Assembly: GCA_035934535.1 (NCBI GenBank)
Contig: DASYXS010000165.1
Location: 36-64,035, forward strand
Reading direction: 5' to 3'
Source of the DNA: a bacterium
Lineage (GTDB): Bacteria > Sysuimicrobiota > Sysuimicrobiia > Sysuimicrobiales > Segetimicrobiaceae
DNA: 64,000 nt
Shown: positions 54,970 through 63,516 of the stretch, in pieces
Position numbering within the stretch: the stretch's first letter is position 1
How the letters are laid out: the number at the start of each line of letters is the position of its first letter
Program-made: the position numbers and the translations under genes
The notes under the pieces: model-generated
What the model was told of the DNA's origin: nothing
The model's database searches: none
The model's input: the letters and a program-made list of their open reading frames with translations, nothing else

Positions 54970-55742
54970 GCGGCGCCGCGCGCCGCACCATCGGGGTGAT
55001 CGGCGGGATGGGGCCGCTCGCCACGGCGGACTTCTACCTGCGACTCGTGCGCGGCACTCCCGCGGCGACCGACCAGGAGCATCTCCACGTTCTGATCGAC
55101 AGCAACGTCGAGATCCCGGACCGGACGGCCGCGATCGAGGGCCGGGGGCCCGATCCCACGCCCATGCTGGTCGAGACCGCGCGCCGGCTCGTCGCGGCCG
55201 GGGCGGAGGTCCTCGTGATGCCCTGCAACTCGGCCCACGCGTTCCTGGATCGGATCCGGCGGGCGGTACCGGGCGTGCCGGTGCTGGATATTATGGAAGA
55301 GGTCGCCGCGGCGGCGGCGGCCGTGCGGCCGGTGCCGGCCTCGGTCGGTCTCCTGGCCACGGCGGGGACCGTCCGGCAGGGCCTCTATCACGCCGCGCTG
55401 GGCCGCCGGGGTATCGGCGTCCTCGTCCCCGACGCCATGGGCCAGCGGGTGGCGTCGGAGGCCATCGCGTCGGTGAAGGCCGGCGACATCGGGCCCGAGG
55501 TGCGCGGCCGGATCCGGGAGGCGGCGGAGACGCTGGTGCGCGCGGGGGCCGCGGCGGTCGTGCTCGGCTGCACGGAACTGCCGCTGATCCTGGGTCCGGG
55601 CGATCTCGCCGTACCGGTGCTGGACGGCACGGAGATTCTGGCGCGGGCCGCGATCCGGGAAGGGTTCGGGGAATATCACTCGGGGCGAGAGCGTTCGCAA
55701 AGCAGTATCGGGGCGTCGCTTGGCCCGGTCAGGAGGCACTGA
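54966..55742 (+). CDS. aspartate/glutamate racemase family protein
   Basis: ATGA overlap with ileS. Contains IGVIGGMGPLATADFY, MPCNSAH and LGCTELP, giving the two catalytic Cys contexts. Confidence 0.85.
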   Translation: MSGAARRTIGVIGGMGPLATADFYLRLVRGTPAATDQEHLHVLIDSNVEIPDRTAAIEGRGPDPTPMLVETARRLVAAGAEVLVMPCNSAHAFLDRIRRAVPGVPVLDIMEEVAAAAAAVRPVPASVGLLATAGTVRQGLYHAALGRRGIGVLVPDAMGQRVASEAIASVKAGDIGPEVRGRIREAAETLVRAGAAAVVLGCTELPLILGPGDLAVPVLDGTEILARAAIREGFGEYHSGRERSQSSIGASLGPVRRH

Positions 55743-56339
55743 ATGCGCGCACGTCGTTCTTCCAAGAAACCTGCCCGCGCAACCCCCGCGGCCCGCGCCT
55801 CCCGGCGTCCCCAGACTGCGGCCGCCCGGGCCCGCGGCCGGAGCAAGACCGCCCGCGCAGAGGCAAAAAGGCCGGTCGCCCGGAAGGCGCGCGCCGCGAG
55901 CCCGGCCGTCCCGCCGGAGCCGGCGCCCAAGCCGATCGTCCGCGCCCGCGGCCTGTCGGGTCCGCGGCTCGAGCCGTACATGCGGCGCCTCGCGGACGAA
56001 CGCCGGCGCCTCCGTCAGGAACTCGCGGAGATGGAGCAGCACCAGGTCAAGACGGAGGAGAAGCCCGTCGCGGACGTTTCGGGCAGCTACGACGACGATC
56101 TCGTCGACGTGGCCACGGAGACGTTCGAGCGGGAAAAGGGTCTGGCGCTGGAGAGCAGCGTGCAGGGCATGCTGCAGATGGTGGAAGACGCCCTGCGACG
56201 CGGCCGCAGCGGGACCTACGGAGTCTGCGACGGCTGCGGGCGGCTGATCGACGCCAACCGGCTCCGCGCGATCCCCTACGCGCGGCTGTGCATCAAATGT
56301 AAGGAGCGCGAGGAGCGGCTGCGCAGCGCGGCGCGCTGA
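55743..56339 (+). CDS. TraR/DksA-family C4 zinc-finger protein (YlyA-like) with a long basic N-terminal tail
   Basis: C-terminal CDGCG...CIKCK. The N-terminal ~70 aa are rich in R/K/A/P. It sits between ileS and lspA, as ylyA does in Bacillus. Confidence 0.75.
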   Translation: MRARRSSKKPARATPAARASRRPQTAAARARGRSKTARAEAKRPVARKARAASPAVPPEPAPKPIVRARGLSGPRLEPYMRRLADERRRLRQELAEMEQHQVKTEEKPVADVSGSYDDDLVDVATETFEREKGLALESSVQGMLQMVEDALRRGRSGTYGVCDGCGRLIDANRLRAIPYARLCIKCKEREERLRSAAR

Positions 56340-56830
56340 ACCGACGACGGGTCAGCGGCCGGGCGGCGGTACACCGGCACGCCGGGGAGTGGGCGGCCGG
56401 TGCCGCGGGTTTTCTCCTCGGGTGCGGCGGCGCGCTCGCTGCCGGCGCGGCGGTGCGCGCGTCCCTCGCGCCGGGCGTCGAACGGGTCGTCATTCCGGGC
56501 GTCCTCTCGCTCACACTTGTCCATAACACCGGCATCGCCTTCAGCCTCTTGCGCGGGCTGTCGCCGGCGGCGATCGTGGCGCTTGCCTTGACCGTTCTCG
56601 CGGTGGCCCTCTACAATAAGGACGCTTGGCCGCGGACCGTTGCGGTCCGGTGGGGGCTCGGGCTGGTGCTGGGGGGCGCCGCCGCCAACGTGGCCGAGCG
56701 GCTGCGCTTCGGATACGTCATCGATTACCTCGACGTTCACGTCTGGCCGGTGTTCAACCTGGCGGATTCCGCCATTGTCGTGGGGGCCGGGCTGCTCGTC
56801 CTGGTACTGCTCCGCGAACGGGACCGGTGA
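56336..56830 (+). CDS. lspA: lipoprotein signal peptidase II. Start inferred at CTG 56336.
   Basis: Contains VHNTGIAFS, NVAERLRFGYVIDYL and FNLADSAI (catalytic Asp contexts). The first TM helix lies upstream of the first canonical start (GTG 56453). The frame is open from 56303 and has no ATG/GTG/TTG in that stretch. Starting at CTG 56336 gives 164 aa. Confidence 0.75.
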   Translation: MNRRRVSGRAAVHRHAGEWAAGAAGFLLGCGGALAAGAAVRASLAPGVERVVIPGVLSLTLVHNTGIAFSLLRGLSPAAIVALALTVLAVALYNKDAWPRTVAVRWGLGLVLGGAAANVAERLRFGYVIDYLDVHVWPVFNLADSAIVVGAGLLVLVLLRERDR

Positions 56831-56905
56831 GTTAGGGTGGCATAGTGTCGCGGACGCCGTCCCGCGGTCCCGCGGGGCGGCTGGTGTCGCGAACGGAGGT
56901 GAAGG

Positions 56906-57736
56906 ATGAAGCCCGTGCTCTTCCAAATCGGGCCGTTTCCCGTGTCGTCGTTCGGCGTGTTCCTGCTGGCGGCGTTCGTCGCCGGCATTCTGCTGCTGCG
57001 GACACGGACGTTGCGGTGGGGGTGGGACGGCGGGGAGATCCTCGATCTGAGCCTTTATTCGATCATCGGCGGCGTGATCGGGGCGCGTATCGGGTACGTC
57101 CTCGTCAACCTTCGCGACTTTGCGGCCGACTGGGCGCGCGTGCTCACGATCTGGAGAGACGCCGGGCTCACGTTCTACGGGGCGCTCGCAGGCGGCGCCT
57201 TGGTCGCGTGGCTGTACAGCCGCCGCCGCGGGTGGAGTCTCGGATGGCTGGCCGACGCCGCGGCGCCGGGGCTCGCGTTAGGGTACGCCATCGCCATGAT
57301 CGGCACGCTGCTCTACGGGCTCAACTACGGGCGGGCCGCGTCGGTACCCTGGGCGGTCACGCTGTTCGGCGAGCCGCGGCATCCGACGCAGCTGTATCTC
57401 ATGCTCGCGTCGGTTATCATTCTGGCGATCGTGCAGCCGGCCGCGGGCCGTCCGCACGCGCCCGGGCGGGTGTTTTGGGCGTATCTTGGCCTGTACGGGA
57501 TCGCGCGGGCGGTGGTCGAGGTGTTCATGGACAGCCCCCGCGTGGTCGGGCCGCTCACGCTCGCGCAGGCGCTGAGTCTCCTTGTCGCCGTGCTATCGCT
57601 GGTGATGTGGCTCGTGCTCAAGGGACGTCCCGCGGAAACCGGACCCGCCGGCGTGGCGGGCATGGAAGCGGCACCCGACCTCGGCGACGTGGGCGGCGGT
57701 TCGCCGCCGTCCGAACCCGGTGAGCGCCGGGTCTAA
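56906..57736 (+). CDS. lgt: prolipoprotein diacylglyceryl transferase
   Basis: Contains FGVFLLAAF, GGVIGARIGYV and the HPTQLY motif. A GGAGGTGAAGG RBS lies upstream. Confidence 0.9.
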   Translation: MKPVLFQIGPFPVSSFGVFLLAAFVAGILLLRTRTLRWGWDGGEILDLSLYSIIGGVIGARIGYVLVNLRDFAADWARVLTIWRDAGLTFYGALAGGALVAWLYSRRRGWSLGWLADAAAPGLALGYAIAMIGTLLYGLNYGRAASVPWAVTLFGEPRHPTQLYLMLASVIILAIVQPAAGRPHAPGRVFWAYLGLYGIARAVVEVFMDSPRVVGPLTLAQALSLLVAVLSLVMWLVLKGRPAETGPAGVAGMEAAPDLGDVGGGSPPSEPGERRV

Positions 57737-57762
57737 TGCCGGCCGGCCGCGGGCCTGCGGTG
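57727..57762 (+). repeat. possible degenerate palindromic repeat copy G at the lgt/rluD junction
   Basis: CGGGTCTAATGCCGGCCGGCCGCGGGCC resembles copy E, CGGTTCTAAT...TGCCGGCCGC. The right arm has decayed. Confidence 0.3.
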
Positions 57763-57859
57763 CGAGCCAAAGCGCGCCGGCCGCAGTAAGATCGTAGCCG
57801 GTCCCACGATCCATCGGTTCGACGCGGCTGCGGCCGACGACGGGCGCCGGCTCGACGTC

Positions 57860-58792
57860 GTGATCGCCGCGCACGTGCCGTCGATTTCGAGATCCCGTGT
57901 CGCGCAACTGGCGGCGGGCGGCGGGGTTCGCGTAGACGAACGGCCGCGGAAGCCGGCGTTTCGCGTGCGGCGCGGCCAGGCCGTCGAGATCACGGTGCCT
58001 CCGCCGGCGCCGTCCGGCGTGCAGCCCGAGGCGATCCCGCTCGACATCGTCCTGGAAGACGCGGACCTGCTCGTCGTCAACAAGCCGGCCGGCCTCACCG
58101 TCCATCCCGCGCCCGGCCATCCGTCGGGCACGCTCGTCAACGCGCTCCTGTCGGCGGTCCGCGACCTCGCGGGGATCGGCGGCGAACTGCGGCCGGGCAT
58201 CGTCCATCGCCTGGACAAGGATACGTCGGGGCTGCTGGTGGTGGCGAAGTCGGACGCGGCGCACCGCGTTCTCGCCGCGCAGTTCAAGGCGCACACGGCG
58301 CAGCGGACGTACCTCGCCGTCGTACGCGGCCGCGTGCGCCGCGACGAGGGCACCATCGCGGCCGCGCTCGGCCGGCATCCGGTGCGGCGGACGCGCATCG
58401 CGGTGGTGGCGCGCGGCCGTCCCGCGGTGACGCATTATACGGTCCTCGAGCGATTCCGGAACGCGACGCTCCTGGCGTGCCGGCTCGAGACCGGACGCAC
58501 GCACCAGATCCGCGTTCATCTCGCGCACGCGGGGCATCCGCTGCTCGGCGATCCGGTCTACGGCCGGGCCCGAGCGCCGGAGATTGCCCGGCAGGCGCTC
58601 CACGCGGCGCGGCTCGAATTCACGCACCCGCGCACCGGGCGGCGCGTGACGTGCACGGCGCCGGTGCCGGACGATATGGTGCGCCTCCTCGCGCGGCTGC
58701 GCGCCGAGGCGGGGCAGGAGGCCGCCGGGCGACCGGGGCGGCCGGAGGTCCCGCGTCAGACGGGGGACGTTTCGGCCGGAAGCGAAGGATAG
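57860..58792 (+). CDS. rluD: 23S rRNA pseudouridine synthase RluD family. True start probably upstream of the listed GTG.
   Basis: Contains HRLDKDTSGLLVVAK and GRTHQIRVH. The S4-domain residues (FDAAAADDGRRLD) are encoded upstream of GTG 57860, in the same open frame. Confidence 0.85.
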   Translation: MIAAHVPSISRSRVAQLAAGGGVRVDERPRKPAFRVRRGQAVEITVPPPAPSGVQPEAIPLDIVLEDADLLVVNKPAGLTVHPAPGHPSGTLVNALLSAVRDLAGIGGELRPGIVHRLDKDTSGLLVVAKSDAAHRVLAAQFKAHTAQRTYLAVVRGRVRRDEGTIAAALGRHPVRRTRIAVVARGRPAVTHYTVLERFRNATLLACRLETGRTHQIRVHLAHAGHPLLGDPVYGRARAPEIARQALHAARLEFTHPRTGRRVTCTAPVPDDMVRLLARLRAEAGQEAAGRPGRPEVPRQTGDVSAGSEG

Positions 58793-58801
58793 GGCGCGGA
58801 G

Positions 58802-59356
58802 GTGGCGCGAAGCGTGGAGCGGCGGGAAAAGGCGCGGGTCATGGATCAGGAGACGATCCGGCGGACGATTACCCGCATGGCGCACGAGATCGTCGAGCGC
58901 AACAAAGGCGCGGCCGCGCTGTCCCTCGTGGGGATCCAGCGCCGCGGGGTGCACCTCGCCGAGCGGCTGGCGGCAGCCATCGCCGCGGCGGAAGGCACCG
59001 AGATCCCCGTCGGCACCCTCGACGTGAGCGCCTACCGCGACGACCGCGAGACGCGTCCCGCCGGTTCGGAAGCCGAGACCCGCCTCCCGTTCCCGGTCGC
59101 GGGCCGGCCGATCGTACTCGTCGACGACGTGCTCTACACCGGCCGCACGGTCCGCGCGGCGATCGCCGCGCTGATCGACCGCGGCCGGCCCTCCGGCATC
59201 CAGCTCGCCGTGCTGGTCGATCGCGGCCATCGCGAGCTGCCGATCCGGCCCGACTACGTGGGCAAGAACCTTCCCACCTCGTCGCGGGAGCAGGTCGCCG
59301 TTCGGCTCCGCGAGATCGACGGCGTCGACGAGGTCGTGATCGAAGAGCCGGTGTGA
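58802..59356 (+). CDS. pyrR: bifunctional pyrimidine operon regulator/uracil phosphoribosyltransferase PyrR
   Basis: Contains [18 protein letters not shown] and the PRPP motif [19 protein letters not shown] 58841 is an alternative start. Confidence 0.88.
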   Translation: MARSVERREKARVMDQETIRRTITRMAHEIVERNKGAAALSLVGIQRRGVHLAERLAAAIAAAEGTEIPVGTLDVSAYRDDRETRPAGSEAETRLPFPVAGRPIVLVDDVLYTGRTVRAAIAALIDRGRPSGIQLAVLVDRGHRELPIRPDYVGKNLPTSSREQVAVRLREIDGVDEVVIEEPV

Positions 59357-59359
59357 TCG

Positions 59360-61132
59360 TCAGCGCGGACCCGGCGGCGGCAGCGCCGGACTGACTCGCA
59401 GCGTTCGCTCTCCCTCGTACGTCACCGCGCCCGGCGCGGCGCCGCGCGCCTTGCGCACCTGCCGGCGCGGGACCACGTCCACCGCGACCTGCGCGGCCCG
59501 GCGGCCCTCGCTGTAATACGCGGCAACCTGCGCCGCGGCGGTCATCGCGGCCTCGGTGGGCGTCCCCGGCGTCTTGAGGACGACGTGCGCGCCCGGGATC
59601 GCGCGCGCGTGCAGCCACAAGTCGTCCGGCGCGGCGACGTGAAACGTGACGTGGTCGTTCTCCCGTGAGCTGCGGCCCGCGATGATGACCGCGCCGTCGG
59701 GGCCGTCGAACCGCCGCGGCCCCGATCGCGCCGCGGGTCGCGTACGCGGCGGCCGGCGTACGAGGCGCCGCGCGACGAGATCGGTGTGCACCTCGTAGAG
59801 ATCGTCGGCGGCGGCCGCGGTCTCGATCTGCACCAGCGCTTCGCGCAGCGCGAGCCCCGCCGCCTCGAGCGTGGCGATGCGGGAGGGAATCGCGGCCGCC
59901 GCCGCGCGCGCTTTGGCGTAGCGCCGAAAATATCGCTGCGCGTTCTCCACCGGGCCGAGGGCGGGATCGAGCGGGATCTCGACCGCGGCCCCGGCCGCCG
60001 TGTGATCGGGAACGGACACCGACGCGGCGCCGGGGGAGACCTCGCGTCCGTACGTCAGGAGCAGCTCGCCGAGGATGCGGAAGCGCTCGGCCGCCTGACT
60101 CTCCGCGAGCGCCGCCCGGTTGGCCTCGAGCGCCCGCTCAGTTTGCCGAAGGCCCGCGGCGGCCGACGCCGCGAGCGCACGCCGCCGCTCCTCGATCACC
60201 GTGCTGCCCGCCGCCGCCTCATAGTAGCGGCGCACCGCCTCGCTCATCGTCTCGACCGGAGCCGGCTCGAGCGCCGCGTACACACGGAGCGGAAGGGCGG
60301 CAAACGCGGCCGGGTGTCCGTCGCGCAGATAGAGCGTCGGGGCGAACTGCGCCGCGCGAAAGGCGCCCGCGAGGGCTTTGATCGCGCGGGTGATCGCGGG
60401 GGCGACGGCGGCCGCGTCGGCGGCGGGGACGTCGGGATCGACGCCCGCGCGGAGCGCCGCCTCGTGCGCGAGCACGGGCCCGAGTCCGAGCACGCCCTGC
60501 GCGAGGACGCGCCACACCGGCCGCTCGCCGGTGAGCAGCGGCGCGAGTGTCTCCAGCTCGATCGCCCCCAGGTGCGGCCGGTCCGCCGGCGGCAGGCGGT
60601 ACGGACGGCCCGGGGTGACCGATCGCCGCGACATGTGCTCCGTCACGACCTTCAAGGCGCCCACCACCACGCCGGACGCGCCGGCGCCGCGCACGAGGAT
60701 GAGATTGCTGTACCGGCCCATGACCTCGGCGACCAGCGTGTGCGGACCGTCCAGAGTTTCCAGTTCGAGGTAGAGGATGCGTTCAAACGGCGGCTGCTCG
60801 ACGCCGGTCAGGCGCGCATCAACCAGCCGGCTGCGCAGCAGCAGGCCGAACGACCCGAGCCGCTCACCGGGGACGTGAGGCGCCCCGAGATGGACTCGCG
60901 CGGCCTGGGGATGAATCGAGCAAAATACGTCCTGGGTCCGGCGCCCTTCGTGGAGGCCGAGGACGATCGTCTGGGGATCGGGCTGGCGCACCCCGGCCAG
61001 GCGGCGACCGGCATGCGCGTTCAGGTCCAGCGCAATCGCCGCGAGGGACAATGCGTCGAGGGCAGGTGATGGGACCGTGGCCAACGATTGCGCCTCCGGG
61101 CCGGGCCTCGTCTCGCGCCGGGCGCGGCCCAT
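59360..61132 (-). CDS. rqcH: NFACT-family ribosome quality control protein (RqcH / fibronectin-binding protein A-like)
   Basis: NFACT-N (LDALSLAAIALDL...), a coiled-coil middle and a DUF814-like C-terminus (WLHARAIPGAHVVLKT). The start is uncertain; the ORF is open up to 61222. Confidence 0.78.
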   Translation of the reverse strand: MGRARRETRPGPEAQSLATVPSPALDALSLAAIALDLNAHAGRRLAGVRQPDPQTIVLGLHEGRRTQDVFCSIHPQAARVHLGAPHVPGERLGSFGLLLRSRLVDARLTGVEQPPFERILYLELETLDGPHTLVAEVMGRYSNLILVRGAGASGVVVGALKVVTEHMSRRSVTPGRPYRLPPADRPHLGAIELETLAPLLTGERPVWRVLAQGVLGLGPVLAHEAALRAGVDPDVPAADAAAVAPAITRAIKALAGAFRAAQFAPTLYLRDGHPAAFAALPLRVYAALEPAPVETMSEAVRRYYEAAAGSTVIEERRRALAASAAAGLRQTERALEANRAALAESQAAERFRILGELLLTYGREVSPGAASVSVPDHTAAGAAVEIPLDPALGPVENAQRYFRRYAKARAAAAAIPSRIATLEAAGLALREALVQIETAAAADDLYEVHTDLVARRLVRRPPRTRPAARSGPRRFDGPDGAVIIAGRSSRENDHVTFHVAAPDDLWLHARAIPGAHVVLKTPGTPTEAAMTAAAQVAAYYSEGRRAAQVAVDVVPRRQVRKARGAAPGAVTYEGERTLRVSPALPPPGPR

Positions 61133-61208
61133 ATGTCGAAAGATCGCGTCCGAACGCGTGCGGACGAGCAAGAAGGAGATTCGCCGGGCCATGCCGGACT
61201 TCCTGACC

Positions 61209-62087
61209 GTGGCACGTAGCATGACGGGATTCGGAGCCGGAGAAATCGTTACCGGCGCGGGCCGCTACGGGGTTGAGGTCCGGTCGGTCAACCATCGGTT
61301 CTGCGAGGTGGTGGTCCGGATGCCCCGGGACTTGTCCCAACTCGAGGACCGGGTCCGCGCCCTCGTCCAGAGCCGCGTGCTGCGCGGCCGGGTGGACGTC
61401 GTGTTGGTGCGGGACGATTACGGCCGGCGGCCGCGCACGGTGAAGACCGACATGGAGCTCGCCAAGGCTTACATCGGCGCCCTGGACGGCCTGCGGCAGG
61501 CGCTGCCCGTGTCCGGCACGGTCGACCTCTCGCTGCTCCTGTCGCTGCCCGACCTCGTCAAGATCGAAGACGAGAAGGCGGATGTGGAGGCGGCCTGGCC
61601 GGCGGTCGAAAGCGGTGTCGGCGCCGCGCTCGAGAAGTTGGTGGCGATGCGGGAGGCGGAGGGCGCCCGCCTCGGAGCCGACCTGCTCGCCCGCCTGGCG
61701 CGGATGGAGGGGTTCGCCGAGGCGATTGCCGCGCGGGCCCCCGCCGTGGTCGAGGACTATCATGCCCGGCTGGAGCGCCGTGTCCAGGAGCTCGCCGGTT
61801 CGGTTGCGGTCGATCCGGGCCGGCTCGCCACGGAAGTGGCGCTGTTTGCCGACCGCTCCGACATCACGGAGGAGCTGACGCGGTTTCGCAGCCATCTCAC
61901 GCAGTTTCGCGCGACGCTTGCGGGCTCGGGTGCGATCGGACGAACGCTGGAGTTCATCGTCCAGGAAATCGGCCGGGAGGCCAACACGATCGGCAGCAAG
62001 GCGAACGATCTCGAGATCACCCGGCACGTGATCGCGATCAAAAGCGAGCTGGAGAGTCTGCGGGAACAGATTCAGAACGTCGAGTGA
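61209..62087 (+). CDS. yicC: YicC/YloC family endoribonuclease
   Basis: N-terminal (V)ARSMTGFG and C-terminal EFIVQEIGREANTIGSKAND. Alternative starts are ATG 61191 and ATG 61221. Confidence 0.85.
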   Translation: MARSMTGFGAGEIVTGAGRYGVEVRSVNHRFCEVVVRMPRDLSQLEDRVRALVQSRVLRGRVDVVLVRDDYGRRPRTVKTDMELAKAYIGALDGLRQALPVSGTVDLSLLLSLPDLVKIEDEKADVEAAWPAVESGVGAALEKLVAMREAEGARLGADLLARLARMEGFAEAIAARAPAVVEDYHARLERRVQELAGSVAVDPGRLATEVALFADRSDITEELTRFRSHLTQFRATLAGSGAIGRTLEFIVQEIGREANTIGSKANDLEITRHVIAIKSELESLREQIQNVE

Positions 62088-62108
62088 CGGGCGGAGGGCG
62101 GCGCGGCC

Positions 62109-62405
62109 ATGGATACGCGGCTCATCAATATCGGGTTCGGCAACATCGTGGCGGCCAGCCGCATCATCGCCATCGTGAGTCCGGATTCTGCGCCGATCAA
62201 GCGGATCATCCAGGAGGCCCGGGACAAGGGCATACTCATCGACGCGACCTACGGCCGGCGGACGCGCGCGGTCGTGATCACCGACAGCGGACACGTCGTG
62301 TTGTCGGCCGTTCAGCCGGAGACGGTCGCGCACCGGTTCACCAGCAAGGAGGCCGTCGAGGAAGAGGACGAAGACATCGAAGAGGAGCCGGTGGCGGGCG
62401 AATGA
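62109..62405 (+). CDS. remA: RemA/DUF370 family regulator
   Basis: [28 protein letters not shown]...[15 protein letters not shown] is highly characteristic. An acidic C-terminal tail follows. Confidence 0.9.
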   Translation: MDTRLINIGFGNIVAASRIIAIVSPDSAPIKRIIQEARDKGILIDATYGRRTRAVVITDSGHVVLSAVQPETVAHRFTSKEAVEEEDEDIEEEPVAGE

Positions 62406-62938
62406 TTCTCACCGTCAGCGGCGAAATCGGCGCGGGCAAGAGCACCGTGGCGCGCGCGCTGGCGCACGCCCTCGGGCTTCGTTATCTCTCCAGCGGTGCG
62501 ATCTTCCGGGAGGAAGCCCGCCGCCGCGGCGTCACGGTTGCCGCGCTCGGCCGCCTGGCCGAGCAGGATCCCTCGATCGATCGCGTGATCGACCAGGCCC
62601 AGGTGGCCGAGGCGCGCGCCGGTGATATCGTCGTCGAGAGCCGGTTGAGCGGCTGGCTCGTCGATGGGGATGTGCGGATCTGGCTGCGGGCGCCGGCGGA
62701 GGTGCGCGCGCGCCGCGTCGCCGCCCGCGACGGCATGCCGATCGACGCGGCGCGGGCCGACGTCGACAATCGTGAGGCCTGCGAACGCCGGCGCTACGCG
62801 GCACTGTACCAGATCGATCTCGCCGACTTGAGCCGCTATCACCTCATCCTCGACACGTCGCTCTGGGGCCCGGAGGACATCACGCACGCGATCGCCACGC
62901 TCTCTCGCGCGCTCCGGCCGCCGGTCGTCAGTGGCTGA
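62402..62938 (+). CDS. family-2 (archaeal-type) cytidylate kinase-like P-loop kinase
   Basis: ATGA overlap with rem[21 protein letters not shown]...[10 protein letters not shown]...DPSIDRVID...ESRLSGW...[14 protein letters not shown] matches the Cytidylate_kin2 pattern, not guanylate kinase. Confidence 0.7.
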   Translation: MILTVSGEIGAGKSTVARALAHALGLRYLSSGAIFREEARRRGVTVAALGRLAEQDPSIDRVIDQAQVAEARAGDIVVESRLSGWLVDGDVRIWLRAPAEVRARRVAARDGMPIDAARADVDNREACERRRYAALYQIDLADLSRYHLILDTSLWGPEDITHAIATLSRALRPPVVSG

Positions 62939-63491
62939 GTCCCTGCGCGGCCGGACGGTCGTCCTCGGCGTCGCCGGCAGCATCGCCGCGTACAAGGCGG
63001 CGGTGATTGTTCGCCGGCTGCGGGAACGCGGCGCCGAGGTCTTCGTGGTGATGACGTCCGCGGCGGCGCGGTTTGTCACGCCGCTGACGTTCCGCGCGCT
63101 CTCGCAGCAGCCGGTCGTGGCGGATATGTGGGCCGGCGACGTGCCCTGGGAGGAGCCCCACGTCGTCCTCGGTGAGCGGGCGGACCTGGTGCTCGTGGCG
63201 CCGGCCACCGCCGACCTGCTCGCGCGCCTCGCCGGCGGGTTCGGCGACGATCCGGTCTCGGCGACGGTGCTCGCCACGCGTGCGCCCGTCGTCGTCGCGC
63301 CTGCGATGAGCGACGCGATGGCGCAGGCCGCCGCGGTCCAGGAGAATCTCGCGCGCCTGCGCGCCCGCGGCGTCCACGTGGTCGGGCCGGAGCGCGGGGT
63401 GCTGGCATCGGGCCGTGTCGGACTCGGCCGGATGACCGAGCCGGAGGCGATCGTCGAGGCCGTCGCCGCGATCCTCGCCGAGAAACGCTGA
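62931..63491 (+). CDS. coaC: flavoprotein, phosphopantothenoylcysteine decarboxylase-like (CoaC half only)
   Basis: GVAGSIAAYKA...VVMTSAAARFVTPLTF...APATADLLARLAGG. At 186 aa it has no CoaB (synthetase) domain. Confidence 0.78.
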   Translation: MAESLRGRTVVLGVAGSIAAYKAAVIVRRLRERGAEVFVVMTSAAARFVTPLTFRALSQQPVVADMWAGDVPWEEPHVVLGERADLVLVAPATADLLARLAGGFGDDPVSATVLATRAPVVVAPAMSDAMAQAAAVQENLARLRARGVHVVGPERGVLASGRVGLGRMTEPEAIVEAVAAILAEKR

Positions 63492-63516
63492 GGAGGGCGG
63501 ACTCACGAACGCGTTC

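Noticed and set aside
58700-58802. A search for a PyrR-binding anti-antiterminator hairpin (ARUCCAGAGAGGYU-like) upstream of pyrR.
   Set aside because: No such motif is present. pyrR follows rluD by 9 nt and is followed by a convergent gene, so the pyr biosynthetic operon and its attenuators are not in this window.
62938-62945. A search for a small rpoZ ORF between the kinase and coaC.
   Set aside because: The two genes overlap (62931 versus 62938), and no alternative-frame ORF with an omega-subunit-like sequence is present.
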